Shown here: positions 23,110-36,538 of the stretch, in pieces | Layout: every line of letters begins with the position of its first letter | Numbering within the stretch: position 1 is the first letter of the stretch | Source: Neovahlkampfia damariscottae | Lineage: Eukaryota | Length of the DNA stretch: 64,000 nt | Assembly: GCA_016618085.1 (NCBI GenBank) | Contig: JABLTG010000036.1 | Coordinates: 1 to 64,000 of the forward strand | Reading direction: 5' to 3' | Notes under the pieces: generated by a model | The model's input: only the letters and a program-made list of their open reading frames with translations | The model's database searches: none | What the model was told of the DNA's origin: nothing | Made by a program: the position numbers and the translations under genes

Positions 23110-23705
23110 ATGAGTTTAGAGCAAGAATCAGCTATAAGAAGAAGAATTTTAAGAGAGTAAGTTCAAAAGAAACAAAAAAATTAAATTTTAAAAGATTTAA
23201 TAAAACAAGACAGGATTTTGATACATTACGTGAATATAATGATTACCTGGAGGAAGTAGAAGATATTATTTACAACTTGGTATATCAAATAGACGTTGAA
23301 GCAACAAACCAAAAAATATCAGAATATAAACAAAATAATAAAACTCAAATTGCTTTGAATAAAGTCAAGATGGTTTCTAAGTCAATGACAGATAAACCTT
23401 CTGAACAAAAAGACGAAAAAAAAACTAAAATTAATAATGTCGAGAATTTGAATGAGAATGAAAAATATCAACCAAGACAGAGTACTATGAAATTACAACC
23501 CTCTATAACAGGTGTTCATTCAAAGATTGAATGGGATTCTTTGACGGAAGAAGAACAAGCAAAAATAACTGAAAAAAGAAAAATAGCAGGAGGCTATGAT
23601 ATCAACGACACGTAATCTATAATTTAATTAAACTATTTTTTCAATAGAACCAAAAGAGCTTTTCAAGAAGCTTTTTCTTCGATTTTTCCGACGAAACTTG
23701 AATAG
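23110..23705 (+). CDS. MAT1: CDK-activating kinase assembly factor MAT1 (no RING domain)
   Basis: IRRRIL-FNKTRQDFDTLREYNDYLEEVEDIIYNL, AGGY, RAFQEAF; two introns. Confidence 0.9.
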
Positions 23706-23818
23706 ATTTAATTTCAAAATAGATCTCTAGTTTTTTTTAAAAAAATATAAATATAAGTTTGATGTTAAAAAATTTTATTTCACACAAATATTTTTGACCA
23801 ATCATCAAAATCCAACAA

Positions 23819-24441
23819 ATGTCTTTCTATTCACAGTATGGACAAAACGAACCTACAAATTATGGAAGTGGATATGGCAATAATTATGGTGGATCAAGTT
23901 ATAGTGGTGGTGGTTATGGAGGTAATGCAGTTGGTTACAACAGAAATTACATGAATCGAAGAAATATGCCTACTAGTTCATACAGAAGGTCTCCTTATAA
24001 TCAAGAAGGAAATATGTCTTCTTATTATGATGAATATAACAATAACTCACCACAATATTATGAAGATAGAATATACGATGATGAAGCAAGAGAATATGAA
24101 CGACCAACTTATAGAAGAAGTAAAACCATAGCTAATCCAGATTTTGGTAATTTTCATTTTAAAAAAGGATATACGGCTGAAGTATGGTTGAATGATGGAG
24201 AAACTGTTGTTTTAAGTTCAGATTCAAGAAAAAAATCATACAGAACTCATTACAGTCCTGAATACATGAGAAGGTAAAATAGAAAAAAATTTTAATTTCA
24301 AAAAGTTTCTTTTTTGGATGGATTGGTAGATTATTAAGATTCTTTTATTTAGACAGATTATTTGGACTACACGTGGACACTGTGAAAAATGTTACCATCA
24401 AAAATTTCATTTTTGTCACAGCTCATTCTTTACCAATATAA
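23819..24441 (+). CDS. Hypothetical protein with G/Y/N/S-rich low-complexity N-terminus
   Basis: ORF 23819-24277 plus a probable intron near 24274-24305 leading to an open exon ending TAA 24439-24441. Confidence 0.6.
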
Positions 24442-24552
24442 GATTTTTCAAAAATTAAAGGCTGTAGATTTATGAAAAGAAAAAGAAAGATTAAAAAAAA
24501 TAAAAAAAAAGTTTTCTTTTTTTCATTGGTCTGTTTCAATTTTGTTTGAGAA

Positions 24553-27423
24553 ATGAGTGAACCAAACATCAGGTTATTAAAACCAATTTATGATTGTTTA
24601 GATGATAGAAATCATAAACAAGCTTTAAAATATATTATAAAGTTGGAAAAAACTTATTCAAAAAGCAATATCGTTAAAGTATTTTAATAAAAAAAAAAAC
24701 TCATTTTTTAGAGCTTAAAAGCTTTAGCAATTTCAAGACAAGGTGAAAAATTTCATAATGAAGCTATAGCAATATGTGATGAAGTTTTAAATACTAAGAA
24801 TGCATTACACGATGAATCTGTTATAAATACACTTGATTATGCTTTAAAACAACTTCAACAATTTGAAAGACTACAAAAAATGTACACTGAAGTTAACAAT
24901 ATGATCAATTATAAATATGAAGAAATGGGTTGTCGTGGTTTTTCATCATACGTTCGTCTTCAAGATTATAAAAGTCAACAACAAGTGGCTACCAAATTAT
25001 ATTCAAATTTTAAAGATAAGAAATATTTATTTTGGGCCGTTTCAAGTTTATCTCTTCAATTACCAAATGAAAATCCAGAAAAGAATCCTTTACTCAATTT
25101 ATCAATTAAAATGTTGGAAAAAGGTATTGATGAAGAAATGAAGAATCCAGAAGTAATTCGTTTGTATCTTGATTTACTTGATAAATCCAAAAATACATCA
25201 AAAATACTTGAAATTTTAAAAGGAAATTTTGGAAAAAATTTATTGGATGATTTACCTTTTGATAGAAAACAAATGATTGCAGATTTTTCAAAGAAAAGAG
25301 AAGATGATATTGATATGATTAAATTATCAAATTCAATGTATAAATTTCTTTTAGAGAAATATAATTCCGACGAATGGGGTTGGTGGAATGGTTATTTAGA
25401 TACTCTATTTTTAATCTTGAATAACAAATTAGATTCATCTACCAATTCCTTGGCTGATTTTAAACTTGAAAAAAATATGAAATTGAAAGCAACTGAAACA
25501 ATTGATGATGCAAAATTATTCATTCAAGAATTACAAAAAAAAAATCCAAAATTTCGTGGTCCATTTTTGGCTGAAATTGAATTAGAAACGAAGATATTTT
25601 CTAGCACAAAAAATAACTTGAAAGCAGTGATGGATTTATTGAATCAATACTTTTTAAAATTTGGTTCAAAAACTGTTTGTTTTGGTGACATTAAAAAATA
25701 TTTTGAAATCAAAGAAATTTCAGATGAATTAAAAATCAGCTTTTTATTGGAATTACCAAAAGAAGTAAAAGAAGAAAATTTAATTTATTATGAAATTAAT
25801 ATTTTTAAATTTAAGAGATTAATCAACTTTTATGATGTAGAAAAAGATGAAAAAGAGTTATATGAAATTATTGCTCATTTAATTTCCAAATTTTTCGTTT
25901 CTCAAAAATTCAGAAATATTGATCAAGACCAAAAAGTTGGCACTTTAGTCGGAGATGATTACTTAATTATCATTTCTCACTATTTAATTGAATTTTTTCA
26001 AAAAACTAAAAAATTCTCCTATCTTTTATCATTAGTCAGTTTATTAGAATATGGGTTGAAGAAAAACTCAGAAAACTTTCAATTTAAAATACTTTTATGC
26101 AGAATTTATTCATTTTTAGGATGTATTGATGAAGCTTTGGATATTTTTTATACTTTAGATATCAAACACATTCAATGGGAAACTTTATCGTATTTTGTTT
26201 TACATGATGTATTAGATTCACCTGGATATACTGAGAAATCAATTTCTTTATTAGAAAAAGTTAGTACTTTCATTTCAGAACACGAAAGAGAAACACCTGA
26301 ATTATTGGTTTACAATTATCAAAATGAAACTTATTCAAAAATTAAAGAATTTAATGAATTTAAAGAAAAATTAGATTATTCATTACAATTTTCAAAAGTC
26401 AAAATATTTAATTTCTTTTTGAAATTAAAAAACAACAATTCATTGGTCAAAGATTCTTTGGATTATTTTGATCAAAATTTAAAAGAATTTAATGAAATTA
26501 GAGTTGATGATAAATTAATTTCAAATGAAGATGTGGAATGTATTTCAATTTACAATAAATCAAATGACGATATTTTTAAAATTTTATATCCAAAAGAAAC
26601 AAAAATGTCACTTCAAGATCGAATTTTAAATTTAAAAATATTCAAACAATTACCAAATTTATTGAATTCTTCTTTAAAATTATACTCATTTAATGAAATG
26701 AAACAACCAAAAAAAAATAAAAATCCTGAAAAAATATCAATCACAAATTTGATTAAAGAAGAAGAAGAAATTTTCAAAAAAAATTTAGATGATTTTATGA
26801 AAATTGCTAATGAAAAACAATGGAATATTACAATTGAATTATTTCAAATTTCATTATTGTTTTATCAATTTTTAGTCAAATTGAAAAACAAAGAATCTGA
26901 TTTAGAAGAAATGAAGAAATTATTGATGGTTAAAATTTCTAATTTTTCAAATTTACTTCAAGAAGAAATTTTAAATTTAATTCAAAAAGATGATTCAATT
27001 AAGATTTTATCAAATGAATATTTACATTCAATTGAATTTATTTTAGGAAAACAAATGAATTTCTTCATTACTATTTTCCCAGTTTGGTTGAATATTTTGA
27101 ACTTTCCAAAAAAAGATCTCGTTAAAATTGATGAAGAGTTGAAATCTGAAGTTACAAATTTGAAATCTAAAATTACAGTTTCTATTGAAAAATTCAAAAA
27201 TCAAATTGAAGTTTTGAAAAAAGTTGAAACATTTTTTGATAACCAAGATTCTTTGATTACAAAATTTTCTGAAAAAATCAAAGATGGAAATGATCAAAAA
27301 GAATTTATTAGTTTTGGTTTGGCAAAGAATAAACAATTGAATCATCAATTTGAATTAACATTTTCAAAAGTTTTAAGAGTTGTTTCTGATTTATTATTGG
27401 AAATTAATACAATTCGTATTTAA
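24553..27423 (+). CDS. NAA25: NatB auxiliary subunit NAA25/MDM20
   Basis: RLLKPIYDCLD, QQQVATKLY...YLFWAV, FRGPFLAEIE, KFGSKTVCFGDI, LDIKHIQWETLSY; one intron. Confidence 0.93.
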
Positions 27424-27450
27424 ACAAAAATAAATTTTCAAAATTATTTT

Positions 27451-27877
27451 TCATTTTCTAAAAATAAATTTTCGGATTTTTTGAAAGTTTTTGAGAAAAA
27501 TAAGCGAAGATACAGTCAATAGTGAAGCATAAAGTAGATAGTTAGGAACCAAAATTTCCTTTTGAATTCAATTTTAATTTCATTTTTACCTTTCCATAAA
27601 TGAACTTGAATTCTTCAAAAATTCTCCTATTTGAATGTCCTTTTCTGATATTTTCTTCAATAAAATTGATAGACTCTTCCACGTCTTCATTATTTTCAAT
27701 CACTGCAGCTTGTTTCAAAGTCAAATTAGGATTTTCACACCAAACACATCTTAACCTCGAAAGAACTTTGTTCTGCCTCCATTTTACGTATTCATCATAT
27801 TCTTAAACCTAAATCAAAAGTATAACGTACTTACCTTTTTGATGTTCAGACAACACTGTTTGACTTATTTTTTCCAT
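27451..27877 (-). CDS. ccmH: Cytochrome c maturation protein CcmH (System I)
   Basis: Spliced translation: LSRLRCVWCENPN...IRKGHSNRRIFEEFKFIYGKEILVPN followed by one TM helix; two introns. Confidence 0.8.
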
Positions 27878-27936
27878 TAAGCTCTTTAACCAATCAAATT
27901 ATGATTTACTTCATTCAAAAATTTATTAAATTTTTT

Positions 27937-28841
27937 TTATTCCATTTTGCTCAATGGAATATACCACTCTTCTTCCATTCCAGCTAATTCTCTTGCTTCT
28001 TTATTAAATGGAGGTTTCAAAATTCCATTAAAATTTTCCTTTACAATTTTATAAAATAGTTCATATCTCTCTTGTTTTTCTTTCAATTTTGAAAATTTTT
28101 GGAACCATTTTAATCCAACTTCTACATGAGTAATTTCATCTTCATAAATACTCTGTAATAAATTTCCACTAATTTTATCTCCACTTGATTTTAATCTTTG
28201 AATATTTTTTGGTGTGGTATCTAAACCTCTTGCTTCATGAACACAATGAAGAATACAAAGTCTAACTAACAAAGAATTTGAAGTTTTTGTTGCACTTTCC
28301 CAAAGACCTTCATGCACTTCTAAATCTCCATAAAAAGAACCAAGTTCTTCTAATCGATTTTTCAACATTGTCCAATGTTTTGCTTCATCATTCGCAACTT
28401 TTAACCAGTCTTCATAAAATTCTTTTGGTATTTCTTCATTTGAAAACCTTGAAATTATATCCCATGATAAATCAATAGCGTAACTTTCCATGTGACAAAT
28501 AGAATGTATTAATGCTATTCTACCTTCTAATGTTGATATTTTTCTTTGTGGAGTATTTTTTGGATCAACAACTTTCTTGTAAAGAATTTAATTCGGAATT
28601 TAATTTCAAACTAAATTTTCTGGTCTTGCAGGTGTCTTTGGGCATTGAAGTTTTTTTGAAATATTTTCTGGTAGCAATTTTAACTTTCCTTCATGATATA
28701 ATTGATTTGCTTTGAACGTCAGTTTGGCTATGGTGTTTTTGTTGAATATTTTTTTTTACCTTTTTCACTTGTTTCGTGTGTGTTTAGAATCAGTACACCA
28801 AAATCTGATAAATTATCAATGTCCTTGAAGAGTGAAGTCAT
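27937..28841 (-). CDS. DUF455 ferritin-like protein
   Basis: PARP, HSICHMESYAIDLSWD, DEAKH, VHEGLW, VHEARGLD, DEITHV, LKPPFNKEAR; two introns. Confidence 0.9.
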
Positions 28842-28981
28842 TTTTTTTATCATCAAATTTTGGTTGGACAGTTCAATTCAAAATTTGATTGGAGAAAAAA
28901 TGAGTTTGCTTCCAACCATCAATTATAAATAGAAGCAGATTGATTGGATAAATCACTTTCCAAAAAACAATCAATTGGCTG

Positions 28982-30169
28982 ATGAAAACACTTTGCATCT
29001 TCCTGGCTCTAATCACTCTTGTTGTAGGACAATATCAAAACTGTTACATTCAAGCAGCAAATAAGACAATATCATTAGCTCCCTTGTAAGACACTTAAAA
29101 GTAACCCTCCTAATTATTTTTCAGATATCTCAAGTAATTTTCTTTAATACCGATTTATCCTTTGAAAGAAATGGTGAATACATCACAAATTCAGGTGCTG
29201 AAAAGTTTTTCCTCAACATCTGTGGTGATGCAGAAACAGTATGTAAAGGTAGATTAATTTCAATTCCTTTAACCTCTTCAAATTAGGAAAAAAATACCCT
29301 ACTGTTCATTCTTATGACAAAAAATGTGGTTATTTAGGTGTACGTTATTTCAAAACAAGACTCATTGGTAAGAAACATTCATTTTTTCTTACCATGTCAA
29401 AGATTCTCGTGATGCATCTAAAGGTGGATTTATCACATACCCAAATGGCATAAACCAAAATGGAGTAAAATCTAATGCAGAAATCAAGATTGTTTATAAT
29501 AAAAAAGGACCAGAAACACAATTCAGATACATCAAACATAGATATGAAGGGAATGAATTATTTTTCGAATTTCTTATCGAAACAAGAGCAATCAAGGAAT
29601 TCCATGACAGACCAACAAACCCTCCACCTCCAGTTAACTGTAAGTACCGTGCAAATGGAGCATCTTTTGACTTATCACCGTTGTAAGAATTCAAAATTAA
29701 ATTGATCTTATTTATTCAATAGATACAAACATGAGTATGAATTTGATTTCAATTAACATGAATTTAGTTCAGAATATGAACATTCTTCAGGATTCGAAAA
29801 ATTCTTTTGGAATGTCTGTGGGGACGCAAAAACAAAATGTGAAAACAAAGCCTACCCGATCACAAATGATTATTTTGGGACATGTGGACACTTAGGAACT
29901 CTTGATACAATGAAATTCGAATTACTTGGTAAATTTTTTCTTTTCATTTAAATGAATCTTCAGATACTCAATATCCTCAAAAAGGAGTCAAACAAACTTA
30001 CTTAGGAGGATCAAATGGTGGAGTAACATCAAACACTGAAATTTCTCATTTCTGTAAACCTGGGCAAGATGTACCAACTTCAGAATATGTCCGACATCGT
30101 TATGAAAATGATACTTTTATTTTTGAATTTAAAACAACATCAAAATATGCTTGTCCTTTAAAACAATAA
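28982..30169 (+). CDS. Secreted protein with two mannose-6-phosphate-receptor-homology (MRH)-like domains
   Basis: Signal peptide; two repeats of L[AS]PL...FF[LW]N[IV]CG...CG.LG...Y.GG; ends SKYACP; no TM anchor; multiple introns. Confidence 0.75.
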
Positions 30170-30251
30170 ATATTTGTTTCATGACATTGAATTATTTCTT
30201 TCACCACTTCCAATTTATTGTATTTAGCTTCTAAAATTCAATGATTGGTCG

Positions 30252-31688
30252 ATGAGTTCTAATTGTGACGTTTTAGTAGTTGGAGGTGGAATTATTGGTT
30301 CCAGCACAGCTTATTCTCTCACCAAAAGAAATGTTGGAAAAGTTGTACTGATTGAACAATTTGAATTTCTCCATAAAAGTAAAAACAAATTGTTTCAACT
30401 GAATTTTCAACAGATGGTTCATCACACGGAAACACAAGAATTTATCGACAAACATATCCAGTTCAACTTTATAGTGACATGTGTGTGGAGTCATTAAAAC
30501 TTTGGAAAGAAGCAGAACAAAAAAGTAAAATACAAGTGTATCATCAAACTGGAGGTTTGGACTTTGGTGATAAAAGTAATCAAACTTTATTGAATACAAT
30601 AAGTAATTACATGTTGCATTTTTCTCATTTTATGGTTTAAAGATGTTTGTAAAGACAGAAATATACCACATGAAGTGTTAGATTCAAAAATGTTATCAAA
30701 GCAATATCCACAATTAAAAGTTGATTCAAATTGGATTGGAATTCATCAAAAAGATGTAATTATATTCAAATTTTTCTTATTTATTTTCAGGCTGGAATTT
30801 TAAATGCATCAGAAGCGGTAAGAATGTTTCTTCATCTTGCTCAAGAAAATCGCTGTGAATTACATGAAAATGAAAAAGTTCTTGAAATATTCAGAGTATC
30901 TGATAATAGAATTACTGTTAAAACGACTAAAAACACCTATCATCCAAAAAAAGTTGTTTTATGTTGTGGTAAGTGTTCAGTGAATTTTTCTGAAACTTTT
31001 TCAGGTGCTTGGTCACAAAAAATTTTGAGTGCACTTGGATTGAAGATCAATTTTGAAATTTGGAGATGTTGTTACACTTTCTGGAAATTTGAAAAAGAAT
31101 ATCAAGATAACTTGCAAAAAGAAAAATTCCCACTTTTTATCTACTTTGGGAAAAATGATGAATTCTTTTATGGATTTCCTTGTTTTGAATATAAAGATAG
31201 ATTAAAGGCATCAATGCATTATTCCAATGATATTATTGATCCAGATCAAAATAATCGCAAACCATCACCTTACATTTTAGACAGAGTAAAAATATATCAT
31301 TTATTTTGACATATCATTCAATAGAGTCAAGATTTTATGAAGAATTCATTTAAGGGTTTAAAGAAAGATTCTTATGAAAAATCTCAATCTGAAACATGTA
31401 ATATTTATCATTTTTCACACATATTCAGGTTTGTATACAATCACTGATGATGAAAATTTTATAATTGATCATCATCCAAGGGATAAAGATATTGTGATGT
31501 TTTCAGGTGGTTCTGGTCATGGTTTTAAATTTGGTTCTTTGATGGGAGAAATTCTTTCAGATTTGCTTGAAGAAAAAACTTCATCTTTTGATCTTTCAAT
31601 GTTTTCTATTGATCGATTTGAAAAAAAAATGCAAAACAAAGGGCCATCAATGTTGAGAAATAATAATGAACAAAAATCAAAATTATAA
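30252..31688 (+). CDS. PIPOX: Peroxisomal sarcosine/L-pipecolate oxidase
   Basis: VVGGGIIG, GSSHGNTR, CLYT..DENFIID, GSGHGFKF; C-terminal SKL (PTS1). Confidence 0.9.
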
Positions 31689-31730
31689 TAAAATTCTTCT
31701 TGTGACTCTTCCAAACATTTTCATTGGTCC

Positions 31731-34700
31731 ATGACATCAAATAAAAAGTATGTTGAAGAGTTGTCCCAAAAAATGAAGAAAGAAAAATTGGACCTATTTC
31801 TCAGTTCATGTAGGTGTTTTATTTTTCTTAAAACTTCCAGTGAATCTGTACAAATCGGACTCTCATTTTATAAAAGAAATTTTACAAAATTTTGATGAAA
31901 ATACGTATTTAAACAGATCACCAAGTTGTTCAATTTACATACAACAAAATTTTTTAATATTTACAAATAATGAAATTGGTTTCTCAAAAGAGGATGTTGA
32001 TAATTTTTGTACCATTGGAAAATCAAGAAAACAAGAAAGTAAAGGTATCGGTTTAAAATCAATTTTCAGGATCACAGACAAAGTTTTTTTAGTTTCAAAT
32101 GATTTTCAAATTAGTCTTACATCAACAAAAAAAAATCAAATCATTGAGTAATTAACTATAACAAAAAAAAAAATTAACGTAAAATTTTGACAGTAATTTA
32201 TCGGTAAATTGGTTGAAAACTATACCAGTTTCAAAAAAGAAATTACAAAATACTAATATAATTATTCCATGGAAGAACAAAAATCAAATGAAAAACATCT
32301 CCAACTTTCTTAAAAACATCAATATTGAATTTTTATTATTCACCAAAAACTTACAAAAAATTGAAATATTTGATGAAACTTCTAATGAAAAGATAACATT
32401 TCAAGTGAAACATGAAAAAAAAAACACAATTTTAAAACTTTCAAAAAATGATTTTAATCAAATCTTTACTTACAAAATTTGTAAAATTGAAAGTTTAGAA
32501 AATGGCAAAAATTTTGAAATTAATTTTGGATTTCATATGACTGAAGAATATCAATCAGAACCAAAATTACATAATATTTATTCAAATTCAATTCCAATTC
32601 GCTCTTATGGATTTCCTTTTTTAATCAATTCTAATTTTAGATTAACTTTTAATAAAGAAGATATTGATCAAGATGACGAATTTAATAAAATGATTAAAGA
32701 AAATATAGTCGATGAATTTTTAGATTTCACAAATTTTTTTAAAACTCAAAATAATTTAAAATATGATTGGTATAATTACATACCAATTGAAAATGAATTG
32801 ACAGAAGAATTTAAAGATACTTCAAGAGAAATTATTGAAAAATTAAAGTAAAATAAAAAAAAATGTTTAAAATGCTCAAAGAAATGTTGATTCAATTTTA
32901 ACAGAAACTGATAATTGGAAAAAGCCTTCTGAAGGTTTGATTTCATTTTTACTAATTTTGAAATGATCAGTTATTTTTTGGGGTGATTTTCCAAAGACTT
33001 TGATATCAAATGATGATTTGAGTGATTTTTTTGAGTTGGAATATATTAATGAATCATTAATCATAAATCTTGAATTACTTGATCAATTAGGAATTAGTTA
33101 TTTATCTTTGGATCATTTATTGAAATGTTTGGGAAACGAAACTTGGGTGAAGAGTCATGATGATTTATGGTTTCAAAATCTTTATAGATTTTTAGGAATG
33201 AATTTAAAAGAATTTGATTCGTTGGAAATCTTTGAAAAAATCAAAATTGTCAGACTAGAAAATGACGAAATTGTAAATATTGATAAAAATACATCTATTT
33301 ATTTCCCTATCAATTCAGAAAGTTTGAAAATAATCAACAATTTGAGTAAGAAAACCAAAAAACATTAACAAATAGAAATGGTCAAACCAACAGTCTTATA
33401 CTCATCTAGTGGAATAATTGATAGCTTTTCATTGAAATTTCTTGAAAAGATTGGTGTCAAAAAAGAAAGTACTGCTACAATCATCATCAAAGATATACTT
33501 CCAATTTATCAAAATTGTGATGTCAAAGATTACAATCAAATTGATATTGAAAAACATTTAGAGCATTCTTTTTTTATTAGAAACCATATGAATGAAATTC
33601 CAAATGATTTAATTGAAGAAATCCGAAAAAACTTTTTGATTTTGACACAAGAAAATGAATTTGATTTTCCAACATATATTTATCTTTCTTCCTTCTATCA
33701 ATTCGAAGAAGAACCAACTTTAGAAGAATTATTGCCAGATGGAAAATTTATATCATCAAAATATTTAGAGTATTCCATAAAAAATAATTTGGAAATTTCA
33801 ATTGAAGTAACAAAATGGAGAGATTTTTTTGAAGAATTATTGGTACCTTTATCTCCATCTATTTCAAAAATTGAATATGATTTGGATCCATTGGAATCAT
33901 TAAAGTTGAAACTTGGGAGTTCAGGTGCGCAAATTATTGATTTTGAATACACTAAAGACTTTGAAAACTTATTTCAAAACGAAAATTTGATTGAAAAAGC
34001 ATTGGAGTTTATTGATTATCATTGGAATTACTATTCTAATTTTTCAGAAAAGAGAATTTTGATTAAAGATCAAAGAATTATAAACTTGGGTGTTGATTCA
34101 ATATCCGAAGATTCTTCAATGTTGAATTTTTTGAAGAATCAAAAAGTAAAAGCTTCAAACAAGATTATTACAAAGATTTCAAATCTTTGGTATGGAAATT
34201 TGATTTCTATTTATGGATCAAATTTTCCATTTTTTGCAGGAAATTTGTTGAACATTAATTTTCGTCATTCACTTGGTTTATTCGAAGAATTGAATATTTC
34301 AAATTTAATCAAACAACTTTTAAAATTAAAAAAGAGAACAATTGAAGAAAATTTCACCAACAAAAATCAAATCAAATCAGAGTTCAATGCTTTCTTAAAA
34401 TTATTTTCAAGTTTATACAACAAAAATCTTTCACTGCTTTATGATGATGAAATTATTGAGAAAAAGTTAGACAATGGAGTCATTTATTTTCAATTTTCAA
34501 AAAAAATCAAAAAAAATTTAAGAGACACATTCACCAAAGAAGAATCATTAATTTTCATCCAAGGTGATTGGTTATTTTCATCACAATTATTTTGGGAAGA
34601 AAATGATATTTTATTTTCAAATTTAAAATCACAATTACCTTCTTTAAAAAATTATTTTGAAATGAATGAATCAAATTTATTCAAAAATTTCTTATTGGCA

Positions 34701-36521
34701 ATTGGTGTCTTAGAAAAAAAACCATACACAAAATTCATCCATCATTTGGATAAATTATTAAAAGAATATGTTGAAATTCAACAATCCCAACAAAAAAAGA
34801 AAAAGAAAAAAGAGATATTTCAAGAGTATTTTAAATTGAATGATTTTATCAAATTACCATCCAATGAAAAAGATGAATTGAAATGGATAAAAGATAATTT
34901 TGAAAAGTTACCACTTTTATTAACTTCAAAAGGTACTTTTGTATCTTTAAAAAAAAATGAAATTTTTTATTACAACAAAGAAGATAAAATCTATAATTGT
35001 TTTAAAAATGAGATAAATTTGGTATTGATTGAAGATGATTCAATTGAGAATTTGAAAGATTTATTGAAATATTTATCCGTTTATTCATTCAATTCTGTTT
35101 TAAAAACGGAAGTCGAAAATGAAAAATTATTTATATTGGATGAAAAAGAAACTTTGAAATTTAAGAAATTATTTTTATATTTAGAACGATATTTACATTT
35201 AAATAAATTGGAATCCATCTTCAATCAAGACTATCAAAAAAAATTCCAGTTTTTACAAAACAAATTTAAAATTAAAACAACCAATGAAAAGTTAAAGATT
35301 GTTTATAATCATAAAAACTCAAAATTCATATTATCTGGGAGTTGTAAGTTTCAAATTTCAAACTATTGTTTATTTATTTCAAATCACTCCGAAACTAAAC
35401 CGTCAATCTATGATGTTTTGAATGAATTGATACAAATTTTAGATTTTCCAAAAGATGAGGAATTCAAATCGTTTTTTTTTACAATATTTTCAATAAATAA
35501 TCCAGAAGAATATATGAAATTCATGGGTTATTTAAATGATGATTATGATGAAGATTATCTTGTAAATGATTGCACCACTTTAGAAAATGGTATTGGTGAT
35601 TCAAAGAATGTTTTGAAAAAGAATTTAGATTCTGAAATTCAAAAGCAGGAAGAATTTTTTAAAATGATTGAAGAAATGGTTGAACATTCTTTGGACGAAG
35701 AAGAAAAAGCATCTGAAGAGATTTTATTTTCAGCTCAAAATGATTACGAATTCAATATGAACTATTTAATGGATAATTTCAGTTCTATTGAAGAAATGGT
35801 TGAATTTGAAGATGAAATTGATGAAAATCAAGAGAACCAATTAAAATCTGCGACACCTAAAAAAAGTCCAATGGTTGTAGGAGTTAGACAATCAAATTCA
35901 AATTTTATTGTTGAAGAAGAAATTTCAAAATTATTTTCAATAGAAGAAGAAGAAGAACATTCAACAGAAATGTTCGTTAAGAATCTATTTGAATCAACCA
36001 ATTATTTCAAAATGGAACTCCAGAACTTTGTATCACGAAAATCCATGGACTCAAAAGGATTTGAAGATTTATCCACTAAATTTCAAATTTCACAATCAAT
36101 GAGACCAGTTTCATTGAGTTCAGTTTTAAAATATGAAATGAAAAGATTGAAATCATATACACTTAAAAACACCAATGAATTTGTTATTGATCTTTCAACA
36201 TTTGAAAAAAAAGAAAATTTCAAAAATAATTTAACAAATCCAAATTTGAAAAAGTATTTTGAATTTTTCAATAACAAAATTAATTATCATGTAATTTCAA
36301 TTAATCCACAAACTTTATTCTTTGAAAGAATCATATTAATAACAGATAAAGTTATTGAATTGGAATATCATGAATTTCAATTTGGTGAAAGAAGTGAATT
36401 CTTAAAAGAATTTTTCTTTGTTTATAATTTGAATTCAACAACAATAGATGTCATCAAAGATCCTTTTAATTTTCAAAAATCAAATATCAAAATTGTTTTG
36501 AACAATACATTCTTTCAATAA
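31731..36521 (+). CDS. Large sacsin/NO VEIN-like protein (GHKL-type N-domain, degenerate DUF3883-like C-domain)
   Basis: LYKSDSHFIKEILQN, NNEIGFS..DV..C.IGKS.K, KGIGLKSIF, YGFPFLINSNFRLT..KEDID; several introns before a 1047-codon exon. Confidence 0.8.
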
Positions 36522-36538
36522 AATTTATTTCCTTTTGT

